Assembly (NCBI GenBank): GCA_050633465.1
Contig: JBOEGO010000010.1
Location: forward strand, 3,674 to 67,673
DNA from: Paracoccaceae bacterium
GTDB taxonomy: Bacteria; Pseudomonadota; Alphaproteobacteria; Rhodobacterales; Rhodobacteraceae
Direction of reading: 5' to 3'
Length of the DNA: 64,000 bases
The position numbers were made by a program, and so were the translations under genes. The notes below the pieces were generated by a model. The model saw nothing but the letters and a program-made list of their open reading frames with translations, was not told where the DNA came from and did not search any database. Positions 62,825-64,000 of this stretch are shown one piece after another (positions within the stretch are counted from its first letter, which is position 1; every line of letters begins with the position of its first letter).

Positions 62825-64000
62825 TTTCATAAATTGCACGTTTATTTCTCCTATTTTACAGCAGGTTGTGATGGTGTGTCCCATTTCTGAGTAAGCGTGT
62901 CCCAATTTAGGCAACCCCTACCAGCAACTTAACCATTCGTTCACGGTCAGCAGCGCGCGTGTAGCGCTCTACTTCAGAAAGGCTCATATGCCCAGCCATC
63001 GCCGCGATCTGGTGAGTGGTCGCGTCATTTTCAGCCCAATAAATGCAGAAAGCTTTGCGTAGGCCATGAAGGCGAGAAGCCATCCCAGCCTCTCGTGCTG
63101 CGTCGCCAAACTCATTGCCCAGGCTTGTGGCCTTGAAGGGCTTACCGGCACTGGTAAGGATAAAGGTAGGAGCAATATCTGGCGTGCGATTGATAGCGGC
63201 TCGGAGTTCAGCCGTAAGCGGCACACGCGCGATGATCCCGCTTTTCTGGCGCTGATAAACTAATAGGTCGCCCTTGATGTTCCTTCGGCCAAGTTTTGCT
63301 AGGTCGGTGCGGGCCGCCCCTGTGTACAAGCCCAAATCAAAAATTAAGCGTTCACGAGTACCCACTGGCCAGCGCTTCTGGAAGGCTGCGATGTCTTCGG
63401 CGTCAGCGACAGGAAAGCCTTTAATCTTAGGCTTATCCAACTCGATCCCGACCAGTGGGTTTTTACGGATGAAACCCAAGCGACGGAGATGTTCAAAGAC
63501 CGGCTTGAGCGCCTTATACTCGTTGACCGCGCCGTGCCCGCCCTTGGCATACAGGGCACGTTCTACAACTTCGCCCGTGATCGTCTTGATCGGGCGCGCA
63601 CCCTGCGTTTTGCGGTAACGTGCAAAGATCGCGGAGCGGGCTGCGCGTGTACCGTCTGCATACTTTGCCCATTTCTCATTGCCTGAGGTGTAGAGGTCCA
63701 GCGCCCATGCAAATGTTCCCGCCTCAGGGGTCTCGGTATCCGGTGGCATTTCCTGCCAACGCGCGTGTTCGGCCGCCCATGCGGCCAAGACCTTGGGATC
63801 TGTCGGGTGCAGTCCATGGACTCCCAGAGACCGCTCAACATCGTTGCGCCGATATGTGTGGAACCAACGCCCACGGCGCAATTTGGAACGTAGATAAGGT
63901 AATTTCTTCATGCCGCATCCCCTGAGAAGGGCTGGCCTTTCCATTCGTGGCTTGCTCCGTCACGATCAGGATAGTCAAAAATTACGCCCTCAGGCCCCAC
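62800..64000. mobile_element. left boundary of a tRNA-Arg-integrated genomic island / prophage (continues beyond the window)
   Basis: tRNA 3' end plus an adjacent integrase, and visibly lower GC than the upstream core genes (judged by eye). No second att copy is visible inside the window. Confidence 0.55.
62907..63911 (-). CDS. tyrosine-type site-specific integrase
   Basis: Catalytic signature R (GAARTDL), HGLRKA and GHMSLSEVERYTRA (H...Y). 82 nt from the tRNA-Arg 3' end and transcribed towards it. Start at MKKLPYL (the track ORF starts 11 codons earlier). Confidence 0.9.
   Translation of the reverse strand: MKKLPYLRSKLRRGRWFHTYRRNDVERSLGVHGLHPTDPKVLAAWAAEHARWQEMPPDTETPEAGTFAWALDLYTSGNEKWAKYADGTRAARSAIFARYRKTQGARPIKTITGEVVERALYAKGGHGAVNEYKALKPVFEHLRRLGFIRKNPLVGIELDKPKIKGFPVADAEDIAAFQKRWPVGTRERLIFDLGLYTGAARTDLAKLGRRNIKGDLLVYQRQKSGIIARVPLTAELRAAINRTPDIAPTFILTSAGKPFKATSLGNEFGDAAREAGMASRLHGLRKAFCIYWAENDATTHQIAAMAGHMSLSEVERYTRAADRERMVKLLVGVA

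Overview
The window reads as a mostly core chromosomal segment of a high-GC alphaproteobacterium. The gene content suggests Rhodobacterales (inference from petABC, ccrM, DUF721/DciA, DUF2125, DUF4170 and the leuS-lptE-holA and waaA-lpxK syntenies). No alignment, Rfam or GC computation was run. All calls come from reading the ORF track and the DNA.

I call about 60 protein genes:
- Respiration and cofactors: cytochrome bc1 (petABC), a thiamine ABC importer (thiBPQ) behind a clear TPP riboswitch, aroC, and NAD salvage (pncA, pncB).
- DNA and translation: HU, amn, yaaA, recQ, arfB, trhO, leuS-lptE-holA, DciA-like DUF721, mutY, ccrM and rnhB.
- Envelope and lipid A: mepA, pmbA and waaA-lpxK.
- Other: yhhQ, an alkB-like hydroxylase and two MCP chemoreceptors.
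- Right end: tRNA-Arg(CCU) followed by a tyrosine integrase, which marks the left edge of an integrated element whose cargo lies outside the window.

I did not find a convincing new multi-gene system such as a defence island, CRISPR array or toxin module.

The best leads are small-scale:
1. An orphan SD / mini-ORF / anti-SD / terminator unit in the 355-nt yhhQ-arfB gap.
2. A divergent module of two secreted Cys-containing proteins plus a two-TM regulator with a C-terminal OmpR-type winged helix, with repeat motifs in its promoter.
3. The tRNA-Arg/integrase junction.
4. A 3x tandem repeat that fills an entire intergenic spacer.
5. Small repeated intergenic elements.

Many long ORFs in the track are antisense shadows of real genes and are rejected. 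Hand-located coordinates (RNA elements, terminators, repeats) are about +/-2 nt. Around 23.7-24.2 kb my base count disagreed with the ORF track by 1 nt.
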